Of a stretch of 64,000 bases of DNA, positions 18,776 through 28,778 are shown piece by piece. This stretch comes from a virus (Duplodnaviria > Caudoviricetes). Each line of letters starts with the position of its first letter. Position 1 is the stretch's first letter. Made by a program: the position numbers and the translations under genes. Under the pieces are notes generated by a model. That model was given only the letters and a program-made list of their open reading frames with translations, was not told where the DNA came from and made no database searches. The stretch covers positions 81,123-145,122 of IMG/VR virus record IMGVR_UViG_3300010049_000011; one strand, given 5' to 3'.

Positions 18776-19027
18776 ATGCCTAAAATTTATGTCCGTGTCG
18801 GTGAAGAAGACAAAGTAAGAGAACCCTTGAAGAAAGAAGACGTCTCTAGGTGTGAACAGATAAAACCAGAAGACATCGTTAAGTTTGACGGCAAGATGGT
18901 TCAGTACAGGTTTGGGGTGATCGGAGAATACCGAGAAGCTGTAAAGGAAGACGTTTATATTGAAGGCGTTCTCAGATGGTGTGGTAAATTCTATACAAGA
19001 AACTTTAATGGAGGAATAGTAGAGTGA
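18776..19027 (+). CDS. Hypothetical protein
   Basis: ORF with GAGGAG SD. Confidence 0.5.
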   Translation: MPKIYVRVGEEDKVREPLKKEDVSRCEQIKPEDIVKFDGKMVQYRFGVIGEYREAVKEDVYIEGVLRWCGKFYTRNFNGGIVE

Positions 19028-19674
19028 AAACAAGAAGGATTGCAGGAGTAGGGGCAGGAGGGTCAGGAAAGACCACTACCTTAGATCTCGTAGCGAAGAA
19101 GCTTAATATTCCAGTGGAACAAGTAACCACTAAACAGGTCAGAGATAAGTACTTACTAAACTCCCAAAACGAGATACTCGCTGTCGGGAATACAGTACCT
19201 CACATAGGGATAGCTTTTCAAGAAGAGATGATAAGAACCCGGAAGGACCACTTTGATTTTTTATGTGACGGGAAATGTGTTACTGAGTTCTGCACCGACC
19301 GCACCCCGTTAGACTCTCTGGCTTATACATACTTGCAGAACTCTTATTGGGATACCGAAGAGCATATAAACGTGTTGAAGGATCTCGTCAGAGACTCTGC
19401 TGATAATTATGACTATATTTTTATGTTCCCTACTGCAGTGTTCCCTATAGAAAATAACGGGCAGCGCGGTTTGAATAGAGAATATCATAGGATGGTCGAG
19501 ACGGTTATTCGTTGGCTTGCCCCCCAAGTTGGGTACGAGCTAATCGACGTACCAGTGTTCGACGATCTGGAAGCCCGCGCTCAGTGGATTTGTGATTACG
19601 TGAGTGGGGTATTCGAAACAGAAAAGATTAAAGAGATGGTGGACGATGTAGATTTTATCCACGAAGCGAGGTAA
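19024..19674 (+). CDS. AAA_28/NadR-like P-loop nucleotide kinase (candidate dNMP/5hmdUMP kinase)
   Basis: GAGGSGKTT, TDRTPLDSLAY, YDYIF, E.NG.R motifs. Confidence 0.7.
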   Translation: MKTRRIAGVGAGGSGKTTTLDLVAKKLNIPVEQVTTKQVRDKYLLNSQNEILAVGNTVPHIGIAFQEEMIRTRKDHFDFLCDGKCVTEFCTDRTPLDSLAYTYLQNSYWDTEEHINVLKDLVRDSADNYDYIFMFPTAVFPIENNGQRGLNREYHRMVETVIRWLAPQVGYELIDVPVFDDLEARAQWICDYVSGVFETEKIKEMVDDVDFIHEAR

Positions 19675-19675
19675 C

Positions 19676-20314
19676 ATGCTAACGTACATAGAAGTTTCGG
19701 ACAAATTCGACAGCGCAAGAAAGTCTGGTGTTAGTACTGCAGAACTCAAAGTCTGGGCCGAGCTGAGACATCTATATCAGTACAAGGCTATAGAGTTGGG
19801 GACAGACCCAGAATCCTTAGAGGAAGACGTTAGATCTAAAATCGTAAACAAGGCTCTAAAAGAACATAGAGAGACCTTCAAGGACATCGTAAGATATCTG
19901 CACGAAGAAGGGAAGAATAGCCAAGACAAGGGTGTACTGTTCCAAACGCAACGAGCGAGCGAAGAAGAGAGAATTATTAAGGTCCTCGAGAGTTTGTCGC
20001 CTAAAGAGTTGACTGTTGAGGAGATAGAGAGGGAGATACATACTATAAAGTTCTCCGAGGACGTAACGGAGTGGAAACAGGGTGATTGGGCGAAAAGGTT
20101 AAAGTCTGTTAAAGGTATGAGTATCGCTAGCGCGTTTGTTATTCTTAAGCGCTTGGGAATGCTGTGTCTGGCTTTAACTGCGGCGGCCTGTTCCCCTACT
20201 AAGGAAGCTCCTGCTACGATCGTACGAACCGTACCTATCTACGTAGTTCAATCTTGCGATTGTACTTTCGTGAACTACGGGGAATTAACTTGTAACGTGG
20301 AGGTATCAAACTAA
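19676..20314 (+). CDS. YqeY/GatB-like helical protein with a lipoprotein-like C-terminal segment
   Basis: K.....RE......E..I...LESLSPKELTVEEI pattern; LALTAAAC near the C-terminus. Confidence 0.45.
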   Translation: MLTYIEVSDKFDSARKSGVSTAELKVWAELRHLYQYKAIELGTDPESLEEDVRSKIVNKALKEHRETFKDIVRYLHEEGKNSQDKGVLFQTQRASEEERIIKVLESLSPKELTVEEIEREIHTIKFSEDVTEWKQGDWAKRLKSVKGMSIASAFVILKRLGMLCLALTAAACSPTKEAPATIVRTVPIYVVQSCDCTFVNYGELTCNVEVSN

Positions 20315-20928
20315 TGTCTAAATCCGGGAAAACTCCTCTAGCATACAACAAAGCCTCCCTCTGTGATAGGAGAATAGACTGGGAGAAGTATAAACCAACC
20401 CTGTGGGAATTGTTCCTAGCGGATTATTGGTATAACGGTTTCCTCCTACTATTCCGTAGAGGAACTTGGGTTAGGTTGTTACAGAGACTTACTAGGGGTT
20501 GGGACGATTCAGATACGTGGTCCTTAGATGTATCTGTAGCTAAGTTTTTGCTTCCTCGATTAAAGAGATATAGAGAGTTACGCCAAGGAGTCCCCGCGGA
20601 TTTGTATAGAGTGTGTTGTATGAAGTACACTCATAAGAGAATCAAGTCTGGGCAGAAGTACGAGGGCGAAGAATGCTACGAGTATATAAAAATAAAAAAC
20701 GACTGGGAACTCACGGAGAAGCAGTCTAGGGACGTCCATAATAAGGCTGAAAAGATGTGGGATACGGAAATCCGCGAGATGATAGATTGGCTTCAGGATA
20801 TTGTGGACGAGAATTCGGATGAGTTCTTCTCTCCCAAGTTCCAAAGGATTAGCCACGAAGAACGCGGCAAACTTCGTGAAAGAGGAAAGAAATTGTATTG
20901 TGAACGGTTTGAGGACTTGTGGTGGTAG
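20314..20928 (+). CDS. Conserved phage hypothetical protein
   Basis: RGWDDSDTWSLD...A.FLLPRLK ... F.DLWW pattern common in large phages. Confidence 0.55.
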   Translation: MSKSGKTPLAYNKASLCDRRIDWEKYKPTLWELFLADYWYNGFLLLFRRGTWVRLLQRLTRGWDDSDTWSLDVSVAKFLLPRLKRYRELRQGVPADLYRVCCMKYTHKRIKSGQKYEGEECYEYIKIKNDWELTEKQSRDVHNKAEKMWDTEIREMIDWLQDIVDENSDEFFSPKFQRISHEERGKLRERGKKLYCERFEDLWW

Positions 20929-21233
20929 CTGTGAATAAACTTACGTTAGGCCTATCGGCCACATCGATAGCACTTATCGGGCTGTTCTTCGGTCTCTGGA
21001 GATATAACGCCGCTAAGAGAGAGACTGCAGAGAATACAGTTAAAGAGAGGGATGCGACAATAAGCACTCTTAAGAAGGAAGTCGAGAACCAAGTAGCGTT
21101 CGTCAAGGCCAAGGATTATGAGAATAAGAAGATTCAGGCAGAGTACGAGTCGAGGTTAGCTTCGATCCCCAGAGACGAATGCGGCGACGCTAAACCTTCT
21201 ACGGAATTATTAAACTATTTGAGAGGGAACTAG
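20919..21233 (+). CDS. Putative inner-membrane spanin (Rz-like)
   Basis: N-terminal TM, coiled coil, C-terminal C...P...L..L. Confidence 0.6.
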   Translation: MVVAVNKLTLGLSATSIALIGLFFGLWRYNAAKRETAENTVKERDATISTLKKEVENQVAFVKAKDYENKKIQAEYESRLASIPRDECGDAKPSTELLNYLRGN

Positions 21234-21235
21234 TT

Positions 21236-21733
21236 GTGGAAGCGAAGAAAATTGTAGGGACTTTTTATTTAGAGCCAGACGAGCACATAGACTCTGATAC
21301 CGTTGTCCTAAAGTTCAAAACTAATAAGAGAAACCTAGTAATAGATACATCCTGTCCGGAAGCTGCTGAGTACGTTCAGACAGGGGATTATGTTATCCCT
21401 AAGGCGAACGAAGCTGGATGTCTGTCGGGGGCCTTTATGGTTGCCTTTGGAGACATTAAGTGCAAGGAATATCTAAAGACCTTGTACAAGGATCGGGATT
21501 ATTCCGAGAGGAACTGGTTCACAGGAGATCTGCACAGCAATTTCTATCTTCAGAATTTCCAGTTAGATCCCTTGCTCTTCGAGATCCAACCATCCGAGAT
21601 GTACGAACCTGAACACGAGAACCACGTGCCTTTAAAGGTGGCCTTTTTCAACTCCCTAATCGCGGACAAACCCGCCGCAGAGATTGAGTATTCGTTTTAT
21701 TTCGCTAAGAGGAAAGATGGGGTATCCGCATGA
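21236..21733 (+). CDS. Hypothetical protein
   Basis: ORF between the two spanin candidates. Confidence 0.5.
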   Translation: MEAKKIVGTFYLEPDEHIDSDTVVLKFKTNKRNLVIDTSCPEAAEYVQTGDYVIPKANEAGCLSGAFMVAFGDIKCKEYLKTLYKDRDYSERNWFTGDLHSNFYLQNFQLDPLLFEIQPSEMYEPEHENHVPLKVAFFNSLIADKPAAEIEYSFYFAKRKDGVSA

Positions 21734-21966
21734 ATTGTTCTGTCTCGAAGATACTACGGAGTCTCGCTCTATGTGTGGTCGTGGCAGGTTGTACCGTAGA
21801 GCGTAGAGACGTTATACAGACCAATCGATTCTATCAGGAGAACTTCGATAGCGGTTGCATTCGAGATGGGGTGTCTTTCTCAGAGATGATTCTGTGCCAG
21901 CAAAAAGACCTCAAGTCTGAGCATTCTCAGAACGAAATAACTAATAGACTAGTGTTTGGAGAGTAA
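21730..21966 (+). CDS. Putative outer-membrane spanin lipoprotein (Rz1-like)
   Basis: Signal peptide with VAGC lipobox, 78 aa, two further Cys. Confidence 0.55.
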   Translation: MNCSVSKILRSLALCVVVAGCTVERRDVIQTNRFYQENFDSGCIRDGVSFSEMILCQQKDLKSEHSQNEITNRLVFGE

Positions 21967-21968
21967 CG

Positions 21969-22151
21969 TTGGAAGATAAGAAAGATACGAAAGTTTCAAA
22001 CCCAAGCAGAACTAAGTGTGAAGTATGGACACGTGCTATGGGATACCATCGACCTGTCGAGAACTTCAACGTCGGAAAACGTTCTGAGTTTAAAGAGAGG
22101 GTTTTCTTCTGCGTGAAGAAGACTGAGAAGAGAGTACTGGAGATAGCTTGA
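21969..22151 (+). CDS. Stand-alone NrdD C-terminal (glycyl-radical loop)-like mini protein
   Basis: CEVWTRAMGYHRPVENFNVGKRSEFKER matches the RxxGY...GK..E...R tail of class III RNR. Confidence 0.8.
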   Translation: MEDKKDTKVSNPSRTKCEVWTRAMGYHRPVENFNVGKRSEFKERVFFCVKKTEKRVLEIA

Positions 22152-23230
22152 ATTACGGATTCAATAGGAGTGAGAGTAAATGGGAGGACTCTGTTTGGCG
22201 GTTAACTCCCGTAGAGATCCACGATACTCCTCTAGGAAGCATATATCTTAAACGCGAGGATAAGTTCTTCCTCGGAGGAGAGATGTTGTCTAACGGGTCT
22301 AAAGCTCGTCAAGGAGTATATCTCGCAAGTATGTACGCGAATAAACCCGAGATCCACACAATAATCTCTGGTATGGCTAAGAATTCCCCTTCACATTTTC
22401 ATGTTCCGTCTATAGCCAGGCACTTTGGCAAAAAGTCAGTGGAGGTGATTGGTCAATGTAGGCTAGATTCCAGGTTCCTGGAAGAGACTGAGATGTGCGC
22501 TGCTGCAAACTACCTTGGAGCGTCTTTCCTCCGCGCTCCGTGCAATTATAATGCGGTTATCCAAAAGACTGCTCTCGAGTACTCTAGGAAGGATCCAGGG
22601 GTGTATTACCTTGAATATGGAATCACGTTAGATCACAAGAAACATCCTTCTGAAGAGATCTTTTTCTTCCACAGAGTGGGGGCTAACCAGGTAAACAACA
22701 TTCCCTCACACATAAAGAAGTTGGTGATTGCGTTAGGTAGTGGAAACTCTGCTACGTCTGTGCTTTTAGGTATAGCGATGTTTAGAGATAAACTCCCGAA
22801 CCTTAGGAGTATTGAATTAATCGGGACAGGGCCGGATCACCTATATTACGTGAAAGAGCGTCTCAATACTATGTCGGAAGTCTCAGGAGTTGACACGGAC
22901 ATCTTTAAGTGGGAATACGCCTCTCTGGAACCTAGAATACTTCAAGGCGGAGGTCTGTTGGACTTCAGTGGAAAAATCCTAACAAGATTTCACGACTGCT
23001 CCGGATCCTTCGGTCTCTACAATTACGACATGAAGATACCTAACAAGATAGGAAACGTAGAGCTACACCCCCGCTACGAGGGTAAAATGTGGGATTATAT
23101 TAAGAGGTCCCATCCTAGCTGGGTCAACGAAGATACTCTGTTCTGGGTTGTGGGTTCTGAACTAAAACTAGACAAGCTTAAGCAGGCCGTAGACGGATAC
23201 GAAGGAAACCCTCAAGAAGTGTTTATCTAG
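22148..23230 (+). CDS. PLP-dependent fold-type II enzyme (ACC deaminase-like), predicted decarboxylase of amino-acylated thymidine in DNA
   Basis: LTPVE...YLKRED...NGSKARQ, SP, LGSGNS, LHPRYEGK, LFWVVG; lies next to the amino acid:DNA transferase. Confidence 0.8.
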   Translation: MNYGFNRSESKWEDSVWRLTPVEIHDTPLGSIYLKREDKFFLGGEMLSNGSKARQGVYLASMYANKPEIHTIISGMAKNSPSHFHVPSIARHFGKKSVEVIGQCRLDSRFLEETEMCAAANYLGASFLRAPCNYNAVIQKTALEYSRKDPGVYYLEYGITLDHKKHPSEEIFFFHRVGANQVNNIPSHIKKLVIALGSGNSATSVLLGIAMFRDKLPNLRSIELIGTGPDHLYYVKERLNTMSEVSGVDTDIFKWEYASLEPRILQGGGLLDFSGKILTRFHDCSGSFGLYNYDMKIPNKIGNVELHPRYEGKMWDYIKRSHPSWVNEDTLFWVVGSELKLDKLKQAVDGYEGNPQEVFI

Positions 23231-23242
23231 GAAGGAGAAGTT

Positions 23243-23581
23243 ATGGTTAGTATACAAAAGTCCTTAGGATTTGATTATACGGAGTTTACAGAAGGAAGAT
23301 TGTTTTGTGTGTTAGACGTTCACGGAATGTCTTTAGATAGCAGTTATAGGTATGTTCGAGGATCTATTGAATATCTCTACTCTCAGAATCTTCGCAACGT
23401 TAAAGTTATTACAGGTCACGGAGAAGTGTACAACAAGCTCGAGGAGTGGCTCGAAGACATGTTTGACTCGTTTATTTCGATGGATCGGAAGAATGGCTGG
23501 TATGAAATAACTCTAAGGAAACAGGAACATCTACGTGCTTCTAGCCTGCGTAAAGGATCTAATTGTGGAAAAAGACTATAG
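23243..23581 (+). CDS. Stand-alone Smr (small MutS-related) domain protein
   Basis: LDVHGM...VKVITGHG....L.EWL motif. Confidence 0.8.
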   Translation: MVSIQKSLGFDYTEFTEGRLFCVLDVHGMSLDSSYRYVRGSIEYLYSQNLRNVKVITGHGEVYNKLEEWLEDMFDSFISMDRKNGWYEITLRKQEHLRASSLRKGSNCGKRL

Positions 23582-24677
23582 GATCAACGACCTCGCGACC
23601 CGTCAAGAGTACTTCGATGACTGGTTCGCGTTTATGGCTGAGTACGGCATCTTCGCAGGATGTGTTCAGCTATATTTTCCTGAGTTCGCGAAGAGATTGA
23701 ATCTGAGTCGCGAGCAGAGGTTCTGGTGGGCCTGGGTAAACTCCCACTGCCAGAATGCTTGTGTGACATATACGATCACGAGGTTCTTCCCAGACCTCCC
23801 TCGAACCGAAGAAGAAATATCTCGCCTGGAAGAATGGTACAGTAAAAACTGGCGTAGAATGGAGTACGACACGGACCAACGTTATAGAAAGGCTAAGCTC
23901 GTTAGCGAGTTGCGTGATTATTTGTCTCTTTTAAATGGTAGGACCCAAGAGCAGGTTTTCGACGTTGATCTAGCAGACCCTGACCCAAAGAAATACTTCC
24001 GTAACGTGCATGACTTTATCGAACAAATAAAGGGTTGGGGAAGACTCACTTGCTGGTCTGGGACAGAATTCTATAAGTGTCTAGCAGATCTCCCTGTCGA
24101 GTGGGATTCTTTCATGATGTATAACGTTGATGGGTCAAAATCTCACAGGAACGGGTGTTTCAAATCCTACGCTAAGGACGACTTAGTGTGGGATAAGAGA
24201 GAACCCGTCTTCGACGAGAAGAACAGACCAGATTCCCAACTCTGTTCGTTCGCAGAATCTTTAGGTTGGCAGACCGTAAAGAGGTTGAGAGAGAAATATA
24301 AAGAAAAACCCTGGTTCAGGTTTATCGGGCCGGAGACAGTAGAGACAGCCTTCTGCTCTTACAAGAACAGCTTTTACGGACGCAGGTACGTAACCGTGTA
24401 TTGTGATATGTCTTATAAACGGATTAAAAGAGCGGAGAGGGATTGGCCAGAAGTGAACTACTCTATCTTCTGGGATATACGCAGAGAACGCCTCCCTAAG
24501 AAGATTCTCCTCGAGTATAACCCTCGAGATGCGGAGATATGCAACTCGATGTCCGATCTATCTAAGGTTAAGAAGGCGCACGTGTTTAAGGAAACTGGAA
24601 CCCCTCCTATGATGTCCGTCTTATTTCCGGGTAAGTATCGCAGCAGTTATGATGAAGAATTTTTGGAACAGAATTAA
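23565..24677 (+). CDS. Amino acid:DNA transferase (AADT, aGPT-Pplase2 family) for thymidine hypermodification
   Basis: EQRFW.AW.N...QN, W...W..MEYDTD.RY.K, GWGRL..W...E, GSKSHRNG, ETAFCSYK...RRY..VY.DM motifs; GTG start at 23565 after AAGGA. Confidence 0.85.
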   Translation: MEKDYRINDLATRQEYFDDWFAFMAEYGIFAGCVQLYFPEFAKRLNLSREQRFWWAWVNSHCQNACVTYTITRFFPDLPRTEEEISRLEEWYSKNWRRMEYDTDQRYRKAKLVSELRDYLSLLNGRTQEQVFDVDLADPDPKKYFRNVHDFIEQIKGWGRLTCWSGTEFYKCLADLPVEWDSFMMYNVDGSKSHRNGCFKSYAKDDLVWDKREPVFDEKNRPDSQLCSFAESLGWQTVKRLREKYKEKPWFRFIGPETVETAFCSYKNSFYGRRYVTVYCDMSYKRIKRAERDWPEVNYSIFWDIRRERLPKKILLEYNPRDAEICNSMSDLSKVKKAHVFKETGTPPMMSVLFPGKYRSSYDEEFLEQN

Positions 24678-25192
24678 GTCTCTCAGGGACAGTCTCAACT
24701 TAGAGATCCTGTTTGGCCCCTTTTGGTTCCTCTTTAAGGACCTGTTATACGATCTTTTACACATCACCGTTTTCTCAGTTAAATTTACTTTTAAGTTAGG
24801 GTTTTATCTTCTATTTTGTGTTTTTTGGACACTGAACCTTCCAGTCATGATGTTCCAATCAAAAATAACAGTCTTGAACAGTGTGCAGAATCTAGTAAAT
24901 AAGATCAGATCAATCAACGGAGAAATAAGTGAGTAAATCAGACAATCAAGAGAAAAACGTATATATTAGTGCTAAAGAGCAGCAGAGGTTGGATAAGAAG
25001 TTATATCACGAGAATTTTTTAAAAAAGAATGCGCTACACGTACTCCATCAAAATTTTAGGACAGATGAGGAATTGCGTGATTATTGTTTTAACACTTACG
25101 GCCCTTATTACGGTGCAGATCTATACGCCTATTTAGGTAAAGCGTCCTAGGAATTGTTCTAAATCTTAGCTAATTATGTACGGATTTCAGTA

Positions 25193-25705
25193 ATGGATTT
25201 GCTCGCTCTCAAGACACTTGTTAAGGATTTTATCACCTCTCCCGAGGAGGAAGCGACGTTCAAGTCCGTAGCTTCTGACGAATCTTCGAAGATGGTAATG
25301 TTCTTGACCGAAGAGTCTAGAGGAAAGATACAGGAATTCTGCGAGAGATGGGAACTTCCTTGTAGTCAAGAGAAACTTCTCGAACCGATCGTACTGCTCC
25401 GCTCAGACAAGGAACTTAGGTTCCCTGAACTAATCGAAATTGAGGGCCAGGTTATACATACTAGTGGTTTAAGCATCGAAAACACAGACGAAGGCTCTGA
25501 TATATTCTTCATCTACCGTAGCCCAACAATCGACAACATAGTCGCTAGGACTGTAGAGATGCTCTCAGAACTTAAGATAGATGACGAGAGAAACGAAAGA
25601 GTAGTTTTCTGGAGGGATGCTAACCCCAGACAGGCTCTGGACTCTAATAACGACTTTAATCCTAGACTCGAGTTGAGTGTTTATTTAGAGATCGAGAAAG
25701 CGTAG
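25193..25705 (+). CDS. Hypothetical protein
   Basis: 170-aa ORF. Confidence 0.5.
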   Translation: MDLLALKTLVKDFITSPEEEATFKSVASDESSKMVMFLTEESRGKIQEFCERWELPCSQEKLLEPIVLLRSDKELRFPELIEIEGQVIHTSGLSIENTDEGSDIFFIYRSPTIDNIVARTVEMLSELKIDDERNERVVFWRDANPRQALDSNNDFNPRLELSVYLEIEKA

Positions 25706-25950
25706 TGGTCGCATCAATTCCTCTGAGATTCTACTATACGTGCACTAAGTGTAACCTAAACTCGGTAGAGTTCGTCACTAAGGATGGCAAAGTTCCATCT
25801 GGGACCCAAAAATTCATGAAAGACCGTGGTTGGTATCTAAGCGTTGATATTTGTTTGTGTCCTAAATGTAATAAACGAGATCCTACTAAGACGCACCACT
25901 CCTTACTTAAATACAAGTTAAAAGATAAGACAAGCAATTTTCAATTATAG
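25705..25950 (+). CDS. Small Zn-finger protein
   Basis: CTKC ... GW.....LCPKC. Confidence 0.55.
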   Translation: MVASIPLRFYYTCTKCNLNSVEFVTKDGKVPSGTQKFMKDRGWYLSVDICLCPKCNKRDPTKTHHSLLKYKLKDKTSNFQL

Positions 25951-25960
25951 AGACACCTAG

Positions 25961-28264
25961 ATGGCAGCAACAGTATTTCTTCCTCGCAGAGGCTCAACGT
26001 CCCAGATGGCGTTATTCACCGGACAACCAGCCGAGCTAACAGTAGATACTACTAAGAGTGTTGTAGTTATGCACGACGGTATAGTTCCTGGGGGCTACCC
26101 GCTGTTGAGGGAAGATTTCGGAAACGTAAACCCTGCTACCGCAGCAAACTCCCTAATAGCCCTCAGGTCTATGTCTAACGTTTCTCCAGACAGTATTGCT
26201 CAGCTAGGAATAGCTTACGCTGACCTGAATAACATGACGAATCTATCGAGTCAGGGTAAGTCTGTTATTCTTGAGTCTATAACTCCTTCTGATCTAGACG
26301 GACTCGGAGCAGCCTTGGTAGACATGTCTAACGTCTCTTTATCTGCTGTGTTGGATCTTGGAGTAGCCGCCCAAGACATGACTAATGTGAATAGGCAGAA
26401 CGTGCTAAACTTGGGTATAGCTTCCAGCACCCTGGCCGAGAACACGGATATACTCTCTTACATTGATCCCTTAGCAAATAACGATTTATCGAACATAAAT
26501 TGGGATGCTGTAGATTTCTCTGCGATGCCTCTATTAAACGTAGACGGGTCTAATGCAGCGTCAATAAGTAAGGTTTTGACCCAGTCTCTGAGAAACTTGG
26601 TTATTAACGGAAACTTCTCTGTAAACATCGGAGATTACGTTCCGGGTACTCCCGTGTCTGTTCCTGTAAACCCCGATCCGGAACCCCTACCTCTATATAC
26701 CGGTTGGAGCACCGTTGTAGATGGATCTTACGTTGATAAGACTCAAACATCTTCTTCGGGACAAGACCCTATCGGATCATCCATCGTGTTTGGAGAAATA
26801 TTCTCTGACGTATGCGATTGGCAGGAGACTCAGTTCAATAGGAGCTCTCCTAGCATAACTGCTTGGTTTACTTCGCAAACGTATGTTGAAGACGGTTCCT
26901 TCCAAATAAACCTCATCTCTGAAAATGGAACCGTAACCTTATGGAGCTTCGGCCCGTTTACGGAAGACGCCAACAACCCAGGACTATGGGTCGGTGATAA
27001 CCCTTTAACAAGCACGGCTGCTAGCGCTCTAGAGACGTTCAGAATTCAAATAATCTCAGGAACTTCAGGGTCGTATAAAGAAACTACGTTCAACATGCTA
27101 ACTCTAGATTTGTGCGGCCACGTATCCCCGTACGAACAGAGGCCGATTACTTTAGAGAAGTGCTTAGCTGCTGACCCCGTACAGATGGTCCAGGACGAGA
27201 CTGAGAGAGCTATAGCAGCAGAACGTGCACTACAGGCCCTCGGAGGCAAGTGGATCGGTGAGAATTTCCCTAACTACTACATGTCTCTTCCGTCAACGGT
27301 TAACTTTATTAGGCCCTCTAACTTTGATCCAGTCGGGTATAATAACGTAGAGTTTGCTTCCTTAACTGATCTCCAAAACGCTGACCCGTCTCCCTCAGAA
27401 GGAGATGTAGGTATAGTAACAACGGACTGGAGGACAGTAACTTACTACTTATACACGAGCGGATCTTGGGTTGCTCAGACCCCGGACGCTAACTCAGCCT
27501 ACACATACTTGCAGGGAGTCGTAAGTGGGTCTAACCCGACTCCTGACCCGAACGATTGGTTTAGGATTCAGCAAGACATGCCTAGAGGAGGCAATACTAC
27601 TCAGTGGGTTTGGTCTACAGCAGTTTCACAGACTCAACCTACGTTTAACTTTAACTTTATACTATCTATAAAACCTAGAGATTTTGAGACCGACCCCATA
27701 CAGTTAGACGAGACGTCTACAGTAATACAGACTTTATTGTCTTACGTGGATACGGGAGACAGTATTTCGACTCTGTTGGCCGGTAAGCAGAACACAATAG
27801 GGCTGACTCCAGGGTTCTTTGTTCTGCGAGGAGATCCTACAGGGTCTTTTATCCAGAATACTTGGGTCGTATCTACCTCTGATTCTTACGCTGTATCCAC
27901 AGACAGTGAGATTTACACTGCGGCGCGAGTGGATGCCTTGGTGGCAGCTTCGATAGGATCTATCCCTATTGGAGCACTCCCCTTGCTTCCTACTAATGTA
28001 GGGCAGTATACTCTGTCGTACGACGGGACTAACTATTCTTGGAGGAACCAGCAGTTCCAAGAAACGGATTTAACCCCACAGATAACTGGGTCTAACACAG
28101 TATTCAATATTAGCTCTCTGATAAACAACACTTGCTACGTCCAGGTCTTCTTTAACGGGTTAAAACAGAGGGCTACTAACTTTACGATAAACTATAGTGC
28201 GTTGACGCTGACCCTCGGATTCACTCCGGCTACGACAGACGCCTTAGAGATAGTGTGGGTCTAG
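25961..28264 (+). CDS. Long tail fibre protein with Mtd_N-type N-terminus
   Basis: RRGS......FTG..AELTVDT....VVMHDG...GG.PL; repeated LG.A..DM.NV; NLVINGNF domain; C-terminal VFFNGLKQ..NF. Confidence 0.75.
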   Translation: MAATVFLPRRGSTSQMALFTGQPAELTVDTTKSVVVMHDGIVPGGYPLLREDFGNVNPATAANSLIALRSMSNVSPDSIAQLGIAYADLNNMTNLSSQGKSVILESITPSDLDGLGAALVDMSNVSLSAVLDLGVAAQDMTNVNRQNVLNLGIASSTLAENTDILSYIDPLANNDLSNINWDAVDFSAMPLLNVDGSNAASISKVLTQSLRNLVINGNFSVNIGDYVPGTPVSVPVNPDPEPLPLYTGWSTVVDGSYVDKTQTSSSGQDPIGSSIVFGEIFSDVCDWQETQFNRSSPSITAWFTSQTYVEDGSFQINLISENGTVTLWSFGPFTEDANNPGLWVGDNPLTSTAASALETFRIQIISGTSGSYKETTFNMLTLDLCGHVSPYEQRPITLEKCLAADPVQMVQDETERAIAAERALQALGGKWIGENFPNYYMSLPSTVNFIRPSNFDPVGYNNVEFASLTDLQNADPSPSEGDVGIVTTDWRTVTYYLYTSGSWVAQTPDANSAYTYLQGVVSGSNPTPDPNDWFRIQQDMPRGGNTTQWVWSTAVSQTQPTFNFNFILSIKPRDFETDPIQLDETSTVIQTLLSYVDTGDSISTLLAGKQNTIGLTPGFFVLRGDPTGSFIQNTWVVSTSDSYAVSTDSEIYTAARVDALVAASIGSIPIGALPLLPTNVGQYTLSYDGTNYSWRNQQFQETDLTPQITGSNTVFNISSLINNTCYVQVFFNGLKQRATNFTINYSALTLTLGFTPATTDALEIVWV

Positions 28265-28268
28265 TAAT

Positions 28269-28646
28269 ATGGACGAATATAGGCAATTATCCACAGGGGT
28301 GCTCGAAGTAGTCCTTCAGCGCCAGGGAACTGTCAACTGGCACGACTTAATGTTGTCTACATCAAACGGTGGTGTGGCTCTAAATACCCCTCCTGTGACT
28401 ACTATAGATCCCGATTCAGGAGTTATAACTACCGTTGTAGGGAACAACGTAACCAAGACTCGGATTGTCAGACCCCAACCCAACGACTGTGGTTGGATGG
28501 ATGGTACCCAGACGCATTCTTTAGACTTAGGAGTGATTGGAGATCTTGTTGACGATTCTCTTGACCTAGGATCTCCAACTAATGTTGTAGAGCAGCCTTG
28601 GATGGTTATGCCTGAAGATATTACTCTTCCTTGGGTTTCTGTTTAA
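28269..28646 (+). CDS. Probable virion-associated hypothetical protein
   Basis: Follows the tail fibre; LDLG repeats. Confidence 0.45.
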   Translation: MDEYRQLSTGVLEVVLQRQGTVNWHDLMLSTSNGGVALNTPPVTTIDPDSGVITTVVGNNVTKTRIVRPQPNDCGWMDGTQTHSLDLGVIGDLVDDSLDLGSPTNVVEQPWMVMPEDITLPWVSV

Positions 28647-28726
28647 ATTTATTTAATACCTTTGCTAGGTTATTACTATCACACCTAAACTTTTCACTTG
28701 CCTTTTGGAAAGAAGCAAGCTATAGT
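28645..28726 (+). promoter_or_regulatory. Early sigma70-type promoter repeat, copy 2 (drives glyA-hydroxymethylase)
   Basis: TTGCCT (28698) -17- TATAGT (28721); CTTTGCTAGG at 28660-28669. Confidence 0.85.
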
Positions 28727-28778
28727 TCGTTCTGAGTTGTGTCCGCAAGTAAAATGTTTGAAGGGAGATTACGGTTGG

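Noticed and set aside
1488-28264. Diversity-generating retroelement targeting the two Mtd_N-bearing fibres
   Set aside because: No reverse transcriptase and no template/variable repeat pair seen in the window; Mtd_N is a generic fibre attachment domain.
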